Part shown: positions 1 to 8,520 of the stretch, one piece after another
Layout of the letters: each line of letters opens with the position of its first letter
Position numbering within the stretch: position 1 is the stretch's first letter
Virus record (IMG/VR): IMGVR_UViG_3300049194_000147
Span: 1-40,896 of that record
Length of the DNA stretch: 40,896 bases
Direction: 5' to 3' (one strand)
From: a virus
Lineage: Duplodnaviria > Caudoviricetes
Notes under the pieces: generated by a model
Told to the model about the DNA's origin: nothing
What the model saw: only the letters and a program-made list of their open reading frames with translations
Database searches by the model: none
Position numbers and translations under genes: made by a program

Positions 1-98
1 GGATTGCGGGGATGAAACAACATTTTAATCGCAACCCAATTCGTTACCCACCCAATAAAGCCGGAAATAAGCGGAATCAGTATCAACCAGTAATTCAT
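1..98 (-). CDS. 5' part of host DUF445-family membrane protein (runs off window)
   Basis: Minus-strand ATG at 98 reads MNYWLILIPLISGFIGWVTNWVAIKMLFHPRNP, matching the DUF445/YheB N-terminal motif IGxxTNxxAIKMLFxP. Confidence 0.8.
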   Translation of the reverse strand, partial: MNYWLILIPLISGFIGWVTNWVAIKMLFHPRN

Positions 99-150
99 AA
101 TTGTGAAATGGCTGCAAAGAACGTTTATTTTTTAAATATTGTCAGATGAT

Positions 151-182
151 TTTGCTTAGAAAAATGAATTCCATTACTTTTG
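151..182 (+). promoter_or_regulatory. Bacteroidota housekeeping promoter for tRNA-His
   Basis: TTTG (151-154) and TACTTTTG (175-182) match the -33 TTTG / -7 TAnnTTTG consensus with 20-bp spacing, just upstream of the tRNA. Confidence 0.7.
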
Positions 183-197
183 CAGTCCCTTAAACAC

Positions 198-272
198 GGA
201 GGCTGTAGCTCAGTTGGTTAGAGCATCAGATTGTGGTTCTGAGGGTCGAGGGTTCGAGACCCTTCAGCCTCC
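198..272 (+). tRNA. tRNA-His (GTG), prophage integration target
   Basis: Cloverleaf: G-1 plus acceptor GAGGCTG/CAGCCTC, D-arm GCTCAGTTGGTTAGAGC, anticodon arm TCAGA-TTGTGGT-TCTGA, T-loop GGTTCGAG, C discriminator; no encoded CCA at this end. Confidence 0.95.
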
Positions 273-1781
273 CTTAGAGGGTAAGCCCAGCAATGAAACG
301 CTGGGCTTCTCTATTTTAAGAAGTTCAAACTTTTGTAATTCAGCGAGTTTTGGGGCAATGAGTGGTGAGGTGTTAGGGGTTCGATAGGAATTTGGGATGT
401 AATATAGAACCCCGCCAAAAAGGTAGTTTACGAACTTTGCTTTTTTATCTGCATCGAACGTGTGAAATATCTTATCGAAGTTGGTTATGTACTGCAATAC
501 AGTATCAACCTTTTTTAAATAAGCGGTTTTGCTTTCTGAAAAGCTGTTTAACTCAGCCTGCAGGGTTGACTTCCTTACGTTCAATTCATTCATCAGCTGA
601 TTGTAACTTTCAACGGTAATTTTATCGGTTAGCAAAAACCGCTGTTCTGTAAACTTAACCTGCTTATCGATTTGCTGTATTTCTTCGGTTAATATTTTAC
701 TTCTTCCATCACGTTTGGAAAAATGATCTTCCACTTTTAAAATTAACTGTGTACGAAACCACTGTACCTCAGCTTCAGTAAAGGATAAAACAGAAAGCAG
801 CTGATCAAACTTTTCGTGCAATCGCCGGGCTAAGAAATTTTGTTTGTGCTCCTGGCATAAATAGTACCAATAGTTTTTACCATGCCGGCCCTTTGGATTT
901 GAAACCGTAAGCAGTTTACCACACCAGCAACGCAGTGCGCCCTTCAAATACGTTTCTTCATTGGCTTTGTAAGTAGCAGGTTTGCGTTTGCTGTAAAAAC
1001 GTTCCCGGGCTTTATGAAAAGTAAGCTCATCAATAATAGCCTGGTGCAAACCTTTTACAAATTTATCAGTACCTGTTTTTACCGGCAGTTTTAGTAACCC
1101 GGCATAAATGCAATTACAAAGCATGCGTTGTATAACCGCATTGCCGTTTAATGCATAACCCTTTTCGGCAGCATATTTACGGATGGAAACAATTGTACTT
1201 CCATCAATATACATGGCAAACATCTGCTTTACCACATCTGCCTTCAGCTCATCAACCAATAAAATAGCTTTTCCGTTTTCATCCCGGCTGTTGATGTAAC
1301 CAAACGGTGCTTTTGATGATGGCCTTCCATTCATTGCCATGGCTATCTTACTATCCTTACTCCGCTTTCGAATTCTGTGCAGCTCACTTTCGCCAATCAT
1401 CAGTTTAAATGCCCGGCTCATAAACGTCATCGGATCATCAAAATCCGTATCAATAGAATCGTTGGTGCTGAGTACTTTTATTTTATACTTTTCCTGCAGC
1501 TCCTTAATCTTAAACAAAGCCTCTGCAATATTTCGGCTGAAACGATCATAATCAAAAATTATGAGGTACTTCACCAGTTTATTTTCTTTCAAAAACTTTT
1601 CCAGCTTCTTCCAATCGGGCCTGTCGAATGTATACGAGCTGTGCCCATTATCTGTAAACAGCTGCACCAGGTTTAAATTATTACGGGCACAGTAATCCCT
1701 GATCACATTTTCCTGATGATCTAACGAATACTTACTCTGGTCCTTTATCGAAATACGCAGATACCCGGCAGCAAAACTCAT
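264..1781 (-). CDS. Large serine recombinase (prophage integrase)
   Basis: YLRIS catalytic motif, DRFSRN, recombinase domain (APFGY, IYAG), zinc ribbon CWCG...YYLC, coiled coil; 505 aa; stop codon lies inside the tRNA. Confidence 0.95.
   Translation of the reverse strand: MSFAAGYLRISIKDQSKYSLDHQENVIRDYCARNNLNLVQLFTDNGHSSYTFDRPDWKKLEKFLKENKLVKYLIIFDYDRFSRNIAEALFKIKELQEKYKIKVLSTNDSIDTDFDDPMTFMSRAFKLMIGESELHRIRKRSKDSKIAMAMNGRPSSKAPFGYINSRDENGKAILLVDELKADVVKQMFAMYIDGSTIVSIRKYAAEKGYALNGNAVIQRMLCNCIYAGLLKLPVKTGTDKFVKGLHQAIIDELTFHKARERFYSKRKPATYKANEETYLKGALRCWCGKLLTVSNPKGRHGKNYWYYLCQEHKQNFLARRLHEKFDQLLSVLSFTEAEVQWFRTQLILKVEDHFSKRDGRSKILTEEIQQIDKQVKFTEQRFLLTDKITVESYNQLMNELNVRKSTLQAELNSFSESKTAYLKKVDTVLQYITNFDKIFHTFDADKKAKFVNYLFGGVLYYIPNSYRTPNTSPLIAPKLAELQKFELLKIEKPSVSLLGLPSKGG
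268..273 (+). other. Left attachment core (CCTCCC) in tRNA-His 3' end
   Basis: Joining it to 39692-39697 rebuilds CAGCCTC-C-CCA followed by a terminator. Confidence 0.8.
283..318 (+). terminator. Phage-supplied hairpin just after the tRNA (probable replacement terminator)
   Basis: AAGCCCAGC (283-291) / GCTGGGCTT (300-308) 9-bp stem followed by a T-rich tract; overlaps the integrase coding region. Confidence 0.6.
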
Positions 1782-2176
1782 TTCTTCACTTTTAACAGCT
1801 TATCCAATTTGCCGTTTATTTCATGCAGCAAATCCATTACTTCATTTTTATCTTTCTTACTGTAGTTAGTAAGTGGCTCACTCACCACATTGCTTTGCTG
1901 TTCCCAACGCTCAAACAGATTTAATTTTTCAAAACCCTTACCATTCAGCTCTTCGTTTGTGATGTCGAATATTTTACAATAGGCCGATATCACTTCCATC
2001 TTCGGTTTAATCGGTTTTGTTTTCCGTTCGTAGGTAAAAACCTTGTCATTGGTTTGAAACAGTTTGCTCTCTGGCTTAGCCCCGGTAATCTCATTAATCA
2101 TACCGGCCAAATCAGCCAAAGTAATGCCCCGCTCTTTACGTAGCCAGGCAAGTCGTTGGTTTAAAATTTCTGTCAT
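1778..2176 (-). CDS. XRE-family HTH repressor (CI-like); likely start MTEIL at 2176
   Basis: LNQRLAWLRKERGITLADLA...YERK...ISAYCKIFDIT HTH_3 pattern; divergent from early genes; overlaps integrase start. Confidence 0.8.
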   Translation of the reverse strand: MTEILNQRLAWLRKERGITLADLAGMINEITGAKPESKLFQTNDKVFTYERKTKPIKPKMEVISAYCKIFDITNEELNGKGFEKLNLFERWEQQSNVVSEPLTNYSKKDKNEVMDLLHEINGKLDKLLKVKK

Positions 2177-2306
2177 AAAAAAATATTTTCCGTAAAAGTT
2201 CGCACTATATCGAAAAACATCGTACTTTCGATTTGCGAACATTTACGGGAGTTTACGCAAAGTTACGGCAAACCCCGAACAAATTAAATACCCAAAACAG
2301 GTAAGT
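2177..2306. promoter_or_regulatory. Lysis/lysogeny switch region with candidate promoter and operators
   Basis: Between divergent regulators; TACTTTCG (-7-like) at 2223-2230; repeated CGTAA/TTACG half-sites. Confidence 0.55.
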
Positions 2307-2552
2307 ATGAAAATTGAGAAGAAACTATTAAATGAATGGAAGAAACTACGCAGCGAGGGCGATTTAACCGCTATTGCTGCTGAGGCAAGGCAAACAGGCG
2401 GCAAACTGGCCACCACCGGTGCCAGCACCGTATCGGATGCATTTAAAAACGGCAAATGCAGCCCCGAGCTGTTTGAGGTTATCAGCAACTTCTACAGCAA
2501 CCGTAAGCAAATGGTAGAAAGCGCAGCACAAAAAATGCAAAGTGCAGCCTAA
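2307..2552 (+). CDS. Cro-like small DNA-binding protein
   Basis: 81 aa, first gene divergent from the repressor; DLTAIAAEA...STVSDAFKNG is HTH-like. Confidence 0.55.
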   Translation: MKIEKKLLNEWKKLRSEGDLTAIAAEARQTGGKLATTGASTVSDAFKNGKCSPELFEVISNFYSNRKQMVESAAQKMQSAA

Positions 2553-2639
2553 TGCAGCAGCCCGTTAACATAACAGCACTGCACCATTTTGTACTCGATG
2601 AGTTAACACACCTCTTATTTAACCAAACTAGTTTAAGCA

Positions 2640-2891
2640 ATGAACACCCTGCTTCAATCAATCCTCCAGCGCTTTCTCAGCGAATGGAAAGTGTACCACA
2701 AACACCAAACCGAACTGGCCAACGCAAAAAAACAGCAACTGATGCACAGCATGCAGATTGTGTACGATGAAGCTGCTAATCTGCTAAGCGAAGAGCCAAA
2801 CTTGATCCACTTCCTCGATCAATGTTACAACACCATTAAAACCATTGATCCAAAAGCCGCCGAAATACATTTTTCAACCCATAAAGATTAA
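2640..2891 (+). CDS. Phage early hypothetical protein
   Basis: ATG start, tightly packed early operon. Confidence 0.65.
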   Translation: MNTLLQSILQRFLSEWKVYHKHQTELANAKKQQLMHSMQIVYDEAANLLSEEPNLIHFLDQCYNTIKTIDPKAAEIHFSTHKD

Positions 2892-2894
2892 TAC

Positions 2895-3080
2895 ATGGAA
2901 AAGCATTTTACAGCTGAGTTCTGTGCATCGATGTACAGCTTTTACGATCGACTGCTGCAGCAGCCAAACCAAAGCGAAAATTGCAAAGCCTTTCGCCTAG
3001 AGCGGCAGCAATACTTTGCCGATTGCTACTGTACACTCACCAGCCACATGCCACCCATGCCAAACATTGTGCAGTTATGA
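2895..3080 (+). CDS. Phage early hypothetical protein
   Basis: 61 aa, ATGA overlap with next gene. Confidence 0.55.
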   Translation: MEKHFTAEFCASMYSFYDRLLQQPNQSENCKAFRLERQQYFADCYCTLTSHMPPMPNIVQL

Positions 3081-3316
3081 AAACAGAAATATACCTCAGC
3101 AAAGAATTTCTGCAGCACATTAACCAAACAGTGCAGGCATTACCCGGTAACGAAGTATGTGTACTGGTAAAAGATAACAGCCTCAAAATTTTTAATAAGG
3201 ATGATCAGGGAAATTTTGTACTGGCTATTTACAAACCTCAAATACAAATCGACTATGCACCCAATGATAGTAGCCATACCGGCACTAATGGCAATAGTAA
3301 TGCTGGCCATTATTAA
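3077..3316 (+). CDS. Phage early hypothetical protein (start MKTEIY at 3077)
   Basis: ATGA-coupled to the upstream ORF. Confidence 0.55.
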   Translation: MKTEIYLSKEFLQHINQTVQALPGNEVCVLVKDNSLKIFNKDDQGNFVLAIYKPQIQIDYAPNDSSHTGTNGNSNAGHY

Positions 3317-3479
3317 ACTAACCATTAATGCAAACAATGCAATGATCAACGATTGTATTGCATGGGACTGGCCCGAAATAGAACGCATGGCAAAGCAGGA
3401 TAATTACCGCCTCATACATGCAGCAAAAATCATCATCATTTTAACCGCAATTGTATATGCATGCATCCTCATCTTATAA
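3255..3479 (+). CDS. Small two-TM membrane protein
   Basis: Two hydrophobic segments (MIVAIPALMAIVMLAII; IIIILTAIVYACILIL); start uncertain. Confidence 0.5.
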   Translation: MHPMIVAIPALMAIVMLAIIKLTINANNAMINDCIAWDWPEIERMAKQDNYRLIHAAKIIIILTAIVYACILIL

Positions 3480-3720
3480 CCCCAAGGCCATCCAATCTCA
3501 AAAGATTGCACGAATTGCACAGGCGGCGATGTTTAAAAAGAGGCCGTACCGTTTCTACAACGCAAAAAGCAAACTACCCTTCGGTAAATACCAGGGCAAA
3601 ACAGCAGGCGAAGTGGCAACCAAAGATCCCGGCTATCTTATCAATTATTTTTTCAATTGTAAAAATGTAACCGTTTGCCCTGCATTTAAAAACCACGTAC
3701 ACAACAACTACAATAAATGA
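3457..3720 (+). CDS. Small protein with PFGKYxG motif (DUF3820/ExoX C-terminal-like)
   Basis: KLPFGKYQGKT...DPGYL motif; start uncertain. Confidence 0.6.
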   Translation: MHASSSYNPKAIQSQKIARIAQAAMFKKRPYRFYNAKSKLPFGKYQGKTAGEVATKDPGYLINYFFNCKNVTVCPAFKNHVHNNYNK

Positions 3721-4130
3721 GCACTATTACAGATCATATAGCCCAAAACCTTGCCAATGCAGCCGGTACCGATCAGCAGTTGATTGATGGCTTAAAGCAA
3801 ATGCCCATCAGCAAAATGTACGAGCAAATACAGTACCTGAAAAACCGTGTATTGCCACAGGCAAAAGAAAAGCTGGGAGAAAACAGCGAAAGCTATCTGT
3901 TTTACAGTTCATTGGTAGATAGTTTGGTATGGGCCATTAAACTGCAAAGCAGCTTCGATTACCTGAGCCTTAAATACAACAGGGAAAAATACTTTGGCAG
4001 CCTTATGCTGCAGCACCGTGATGCATTGGAAGCCGAACTGCTTAAATACACCACACTCGATAAACTGTACCTCAACATGGCAATTGATGTACAGCAGCAA
4101 ACCATTGCCAAACAAACCTTAAAACCTTAA
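3717..4130 (+). CDS. Phage hypothetical protein
   Basis: 137 aa, ATGA overlap. Confidence 0.7.
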   Translation: MSTITDHIAQNLANAAGTDQQLIDGLKQMPISKMYEQIQYLKNRVLPQAKEKLGENSESYLFYSSLVDSLVWAIKLQSSFDYLSLKYNREKYFGSLMLQHRDALEAELLKYTTLDKLYLNMAIDVQQQTIAKQTLKP

Positions 4131-4136
4131 TGTAAA

Positions 4137-4307
4137 ATGAAAAAGATTTTTTCAGCAGCATTGCTGCTATGCCTCGCCATCGCCTGTACAAAAGAACCGG
4201 CACCGGTTAAAGCCAAAATACAAACAGCCGATGATCCGGTAGATCCTAAAATTTACGATACCATCCCCGTACCAATTCCCGTTGGCGATACTTCTTATCC
4301 TGGTTAA
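4137..4307 (+). CDS. Small lipoprotein (56 aa, not in ORF track)
   Basis: MKKIFSAALLLCLAIA-C signal II then TKEPAPVKAK...; fills the gap between genes. Confidence 0.7.
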   Translation: MKKIFSAALLLCLAIACTKEPAPVKAKIQTADDPVDPKIYDTIPVPIPVGDTSYPG

Positions 4308-4356
4308 TGTTTACTGATTACTAACCCACAACTCTTAAACTTTTTCCTTCTTCCTC

Positions 4357-6567
4357 ATGTCAATCGAACTCATTAACATATCCGCAGCCGATAACTGGCC
4401 CGAGCAAAAAAAACGCATGTGGGAGCAGCTGCAAATACTCACACAACGAATACTCGAAAAACAAACCGATATTACCAGCAACTTCGGCAGCGATTACTAC
4501 CATGTACGCTACTGCTATGCACTGTTTGCACAAAACAACGAAGCCAATCAACTTTTTCACAAAGTATGTGCCCTCAGCAAAGAATACAGTTACGATAGTT
4601 GCCAGGATGATTTTACAAAAGCAGCCGATAAAACAAAATACAAAACACTCAAACGGCTGCTCACCATTTGCCAGTACCACGGCATCGATACAAAGTTTGA
4701 AGATGAAGAAGTACCAACCGAACGGGCTGCCGAATACCTGCCCGAAGATGTAGATAGTAACCTGTACGATACCTATGGTTTTTTCGAAAAAGGCAACCAA
4801 TACTTTACACTCGAAAACAGCGGAAAAGTATTTGTACCAAAGCCATTTACCAACTTCACCATGAAGGTGCTGTTTCACATGCACAACGGCCAGCAGCCAC
4901 GCCGGGTAATTGAAGTAACCAACATTAAAAACCGTAAAAAGGTGGTAGATATACCAACCGATAGGCTGGTAAGCAAAAACGAGTTTAAAAAGTTTTTGGA
5001 AGGGTTGGGCAACTACCGCTTTTTCGGTACCGATGGTAAGTTGGATATGCTAAAAGCCTACCTCTACGACCAGGAAGCAGAATGTACCGAAATTGCTGTA
5101 CTAGGCTGGCACGAACAGGGTTTTTGGGCATGGAGCAACGGCATCTTTAATGCCAAATTTCATGCACTCGATGAGCATGGTTTTGTAGAGCTGCACGATC
5201 ATCATTACTACATCCCATCCGGCAATACCAACCAGCAAAACCGCAACCGCCGTTTTAGTAACGAACTACGTTTCAGCCACCATCAGGATCATACCGTAAC
5301 CTTCGAAGATCTCAGCCGCCGCTATTGCCAGGTGTTTAAACTAAATGGCCACATCATTTTAATGTTTAGTGTAGCCTGTTTGTTTTCCGATATTGTTTTT
5401 CACTACAAACAGTTTTTCCCTTTGCTGTTTGTGTATGGCGAAGGTGGTAGTGGTAAAGGCTCGGCCATTAAAGCAGCACAGCGGCTTTTTGGTAAACCAC
5501 AAGATCCGTTAACGCTATCCGGTAAAGCCAATACCGACAAAGCAAAAATTGCCATGTTTGCCCAGTTCATAAACAGTATGCTTCTGCTCGAAGAGTACAC
5601 CAACAACCACGATACCGATCAGCTTCTTAAAAACCTGTGGGATCGTTACGGTTACAAGCGCCGCACAATGGATATGGGCTATGGTACCGAAACCGTACCC
5701 ATACAAAGCGGTGTAGCAATTACCGGTAACTTTTCACCAACAGATGATCCGTTGCTGCAGCGATTGATATACCTGGAGCACAACGAAAACAAACACAGCG
5801 AAGAAGAAAAGCTACTGTTTAATGAGTTGATGAAGTACCTCGATAAAGGCGTAACCAGCGCCACACACCAGCTGCTCAAATACAGGCCCATGGTAGAAGA
5901 AAACTATTTAGCCCGCCATGGCGAAAACAGCAAACTGCTTACACGGGAACTCAGCAGCCTCAGCATTACCAGCCGTATGATTGAAAACATTACCGTACTC
6001 ATAACCATGTACGATGTGTTGAAAGATTGCGGCATCAACTTCCCCTTTACAAGGGAGCACCTCCGCAGCTGCTTAATAGATGCAACCAAAAACCAAAACA
6101 TTAAACGGGATAGTGGAGGCGAAGTAAGCAAGTTCTTCGATGTGTTTTACCACCTCACCAGCCTCGGCATATTAAAAGAAGATATCCATTTCAGGCTCGA
6201 AGCCAACAGCCTCATTTTTAATTTAAAAACAGTGCACCCGTTTTACATGGAATTTCACCGCAAACTTACCGGGCAGGCAGGGTTAAGCTGGGCCAACCTC
6301 AAAGACAAACTGAAAGTACACCCTGCCTATGCACAGTACAGCGAAAGCGTACGCATCAACAGCGAAACCCGTACCAGTGCTTATGTATTCCATATCGATC
6401 AAACAGGGGTTGATATAGTGGGAGCCATTGAAATATACAAAAGCAGCAACGGCCTCAGCCTGCACAAACCATCAGCCCTGCAAAAAACCTTTGAGCAAAA
6501 GATGGAAGAAAACAAAGGCTGGAAACCAAACAGCAATGCCGATTTATTTGATGATTCTAAACCTTAA
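4357..6567 (+). CDS. Phage replication protein: PriCT-2-like N-terminus plus P-loop helicase/ATPase
   Basis: Walker A YGEGGSGKGS, Walker B LLLEEY, ITGN sensor; N-terminal DIT...LFHKVC...Y....C resembles PriCT-2; next to an iteron cluster. Confidence 0.7.
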   Translation: MSIELINISAADNWPEQKKRMWEQLQILTQRILEKQTDITSNFGSDYYHVRYCYALFAQNNEANQLFHKVCALSKEYSYDSCQDDFTKAADKTKYKTLKRLLTICQYHGIDTKFEDEEVPTERAAEYLPEDVDSNLYDTYGFFEKGNQYFTLENSGKVFVPKPFTNFTMKVLFHMHNGQQPRRVIEVTNIKNRKKVVDIPTDRLVSKNEFKKFLEGLGNYRFFGTDGKLDMLKAYLYDQEAECTEIAVLGWHEQGFWAWSNGIFNAKFHALDEHGFVELHDHHYYIPSGNTNQQNRNRRFSNELRFSHHQDHTVTFEDLSRRYCQVFKLNGHIILMFSVACLFSDIVFHYKQFFPLLFVYGEGGSGKGSAIKAAQRLFGKPQDPLTLSGKANTDKAKIAMFAQFINSMLLLEEYTNNHDTDQLLKNLWDRYGYKRRTMDMGYGTETVPIQSGVAITGNFSPTDDPLLQRLIYLEHNENKHSEEEKLLFNELMKYLDKGVTSATHQLLKYRPMVEENYLARHGENSKLLTRELSSLSITSRMIENITVLITMYDVLKDCGINFPFTREHLRSCLIDATKNQNIKRDSGGEVSKFFDVFYHLTSLGILKEDIHFRLEANSLIFNLKTVHPFYMEFHRKLTGQAGLSWANLKDKLKVHPAYAQYSESVRINSETRTSAYVFHIDQTGVDIVGAIEIYKSSNGLSLHKPSALQKTFEQKMEENKGWKPNSNADLFDDSKP

Positions 6568-6644
6568 ACATCAACCTTAACCTAATTTTTTTAACCTTTA
6601 AAAATTTTTTGCCTTCAAATTCTTTCCAAAATTAGCAAACCCCA

Positions 6645-6876
6645 CTTCCAGCGCCTGACGAAACCTGACACCTGACAAACTCTATAAATAACTAAAAATC
6701 AATAAAATAAAAAAAATACTACTGGAAGGTTCGACAGAAAAGTGTCAGGTTTCGTCAGGTTGTTGTCAGTTTCGCAAACCAAATTCTGACAAAGCCTGAC
6801 GTTTTAAACCCAAAACTTCCAGTTAAGTAATTGAAAATCAGCCTTGTCAGGCGTGTCAGGTTTGTCAGGCGTCAGT
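6645..6876. repeat. Putative phage replication origin (CTGAC/GTCAG iterons, AT-rich spacers)
   Basis: About 12 CTGAC/GTCAG copies in both orientations; perfect 18-bp inverted repeat 6654-6671 / 6742-6759. Confidence 0.7.
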
Positions 6877-6912
6877 TTTGCCTTTTTGTAATTCACTTAA
6901 AAATCAAAAAAA

Positions 6913-7311
6913 ATGAATTTCTACATCATCCCGGGCCTTATTCGTCCTAAAAAAGCACAAAGCACCGAAGTAATTGCCAGCTCAATTGAACGCATAGTAA
7001 GTGAGTATTTTAATTTTACACTCGATCAAATAAAGAAAAAGTGCCGTAAGCGTGAAGTGGTAGTGGCCCGGCAAATGTGTATGTTTTTAATGAAGAAATA
7101 CACCCGTTTCAGCTTTAAAACAATTGGCGATCGGTTTGCCGGTAAAGATCACAGCACCGTAATACATGCCTGCAGACAAATACAGGATCTGCTCGATACA
7201 GATGAAGGCACCCGCAGCGATATGGAAGAAATATTGCTGAAATTACAGCTCGAAATACCATCTGTACAACCCGAGCAAATCGTTGAAAGAAAAGTTGCTC
7301 ACTTTTCGTAA
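6913..7311 (+). CDS. Stand-alone DnaA C-terminal (domain IV) HTH protein
   Basis: RKREVVVARQMCMFL...SFKTIGDRFAGKDHSTVIHAC is the Bac_DnaA_C signature; no AAA+ domain. Confidence 0.9.
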   Translation: MNFYIIPGLIRPKKAQSTEVIASSIERIVSEYFNFTLDQIKKKCRKREVVVARQMCMFLMKKYTRFSFKTIGDRFAGKDHSTVIHACRQIQDLLDTDEGTRSDMEEILLKLQLEIPSVQPEQIVERKVAHFS

Positions 7312-7347
7312 AAAAACGTATTTTCGGTTTATTACGAAAATTTACGT

Positions 7348-7863
7348 TTGGTAGTGAGCCACAAAAACCGCATACGCCTAAGCATACCAACCCGGCAGCA
7401 CCTGGCACAGTTTATACGGCATTTGCACGGGCAGCCTGTATACCTGGTACAGTTTAGCCAGTGCCGCACCAACATCCACAGCACCCTGTTTGCTGAAATT
7501 ATGCAGCAAACAGGCAACCGTTACCAGCTCAACTACAAAAAAGCCAGTTTTAACGATGCGTTTTACGTAACCATACCCCGTTATTTCGATGGTAAAAAAC
7601 AAACCTTCGGCACCGGCCCAATTGAAGTAAGCAACCAAAGCATCATCAACATAAACTGGCACTTAAACGAATACTTTGAGCAAACACTGTGCAACTACTA
7701 CCAGGTACACAACAGCACCCTCGGCATCGGTGTAGAAAAAAGCATCCAACTTTTTTACCAGCAGTTCGGCATAACCGAAAACATGATTTCGCAGGATGCA
7801 CTTACGAAGATCATACAGCGGCGAAGGAAGGCAGTGAGTATACAGCCGGTAGTGGTTAGTTGA
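7348..7863 (+). CDS. Hypothetical protein, last early gene (candidate late activator)
   Basis: 171 aa with basic helical C-terminus; sits just before the first late-promoter motif; start uncertain. Confidence 0.55.
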   Translation: MVVSHKNRIRLSIPTRQHLAQFIRHLHGQPVYLVQFSQCRTNIHSTLFAEIMQQTGNRYQLNYKKASFNDAFYVTIPRYFDGKKQTFGTGPIEVSNQSIININWHLNEYFEQTLCNYYQVHNSTLGIGVEKSIQLFYQQFGITENMISQDALTKIIQRRRKAVSIQPVVVS

Positions 7864-7920
7864 TAGTTCATTACTACCAACTACCGGCTTTCTTCTTCCC
7901 GACTTTCCGACTTCCCGGCT

Positions 7921-7958
7921 ATTGTCCTTGACCTAAAGAACAAATTCAAAAAAATTTG
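7921..7958 (+). promoter_or_regulatory. Putative late promoter copy 1
   Basis: ATTGTCCTTGACC-N17-AAAATTTG; same motif and spacing at 16455, 28767, 36527. Confidence 0.65.
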
Positions 7959-7964
7959 TAATCA

Positions 7965-8513
7965 ATGTATAGCAATATTTATACAGCACAAGATAATCTG
8001 CTGCAGGTAGCACCATCACACGGAGGTTACTGCAATTTATACATTGTACCTATACAACACATAACAGCATGGCCCACCGTAAACCCATTAACCGGTTTAC
8101 TCAATGCAGCGCCAACGCTGGCCGTTGGCAAAACATGGCTCAACATCGAAAACATGCCAGGCAATGCAGTGTACCGGGAAGAGGAGCAGGAAAGTGATGC
8201 AGGCCCATGGTACAGCATAAACGTAACAGCACCCATGGCCGATGATAATACACCGCAATTTTTAAGAGCACTGGCCTTACGTTACAACCGTTTTGCCGTG
8301 TTGGTAGAAGAGCACAACGGACTTACCCGTTTGGTAGGCAGCAGCAGTGCAGGTGCCAGCATCCGCCAAAGCTATACCAGTGCCGATGATGAAGGCACCC
8401 GCCAACGCATTTTAACCATCAGCTGGGAAAATGATAGCCCGGCAATGCTGGTAAGTGCCGAAGCCATTGGACTTATTGAATTTTCAGACGAGTATTCTTA
8501 CGAATTTAATTAA
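7965..8513 (+). CDS. Tail-tube-like structural protein (paralog of 18922-19455)
   Basis: GGYxxxYIxP and AAxTxxVGK motifs shared with 18922-19455; C-terminal FSDEYSYEF. Confidence 0.55.
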   Translation: MYSNIYTAQDNLLQVAPSHGGYCNLYIVPIQHITAWPTVNPLTGLLNAAPTLAVGKTWLNIENMPGNAVYREEEQESDAGPWYSINVTAPMADDNTPQFLRALALRYNRFAVLVEEHNGLTRLVGSSSAGASIRQSYTSADDEGTRQRILTISWENDSPAMLVSAEAIGLIEFSDEYSYEFN

Positions 8514-8520
8514 TGCAGAT

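Noticed and set aside
2552-2770. 72-aa ORF after the Cro-like gene
   Set aside because: Overlaps the better 2640-2891 ORF out of frame; cannot support both.
6913-7311. Calling this dnaA or a dnaA pseudogene
   Set aside because: Only domain IV with its own short N-terminus; no AAA+ remnants upstream.
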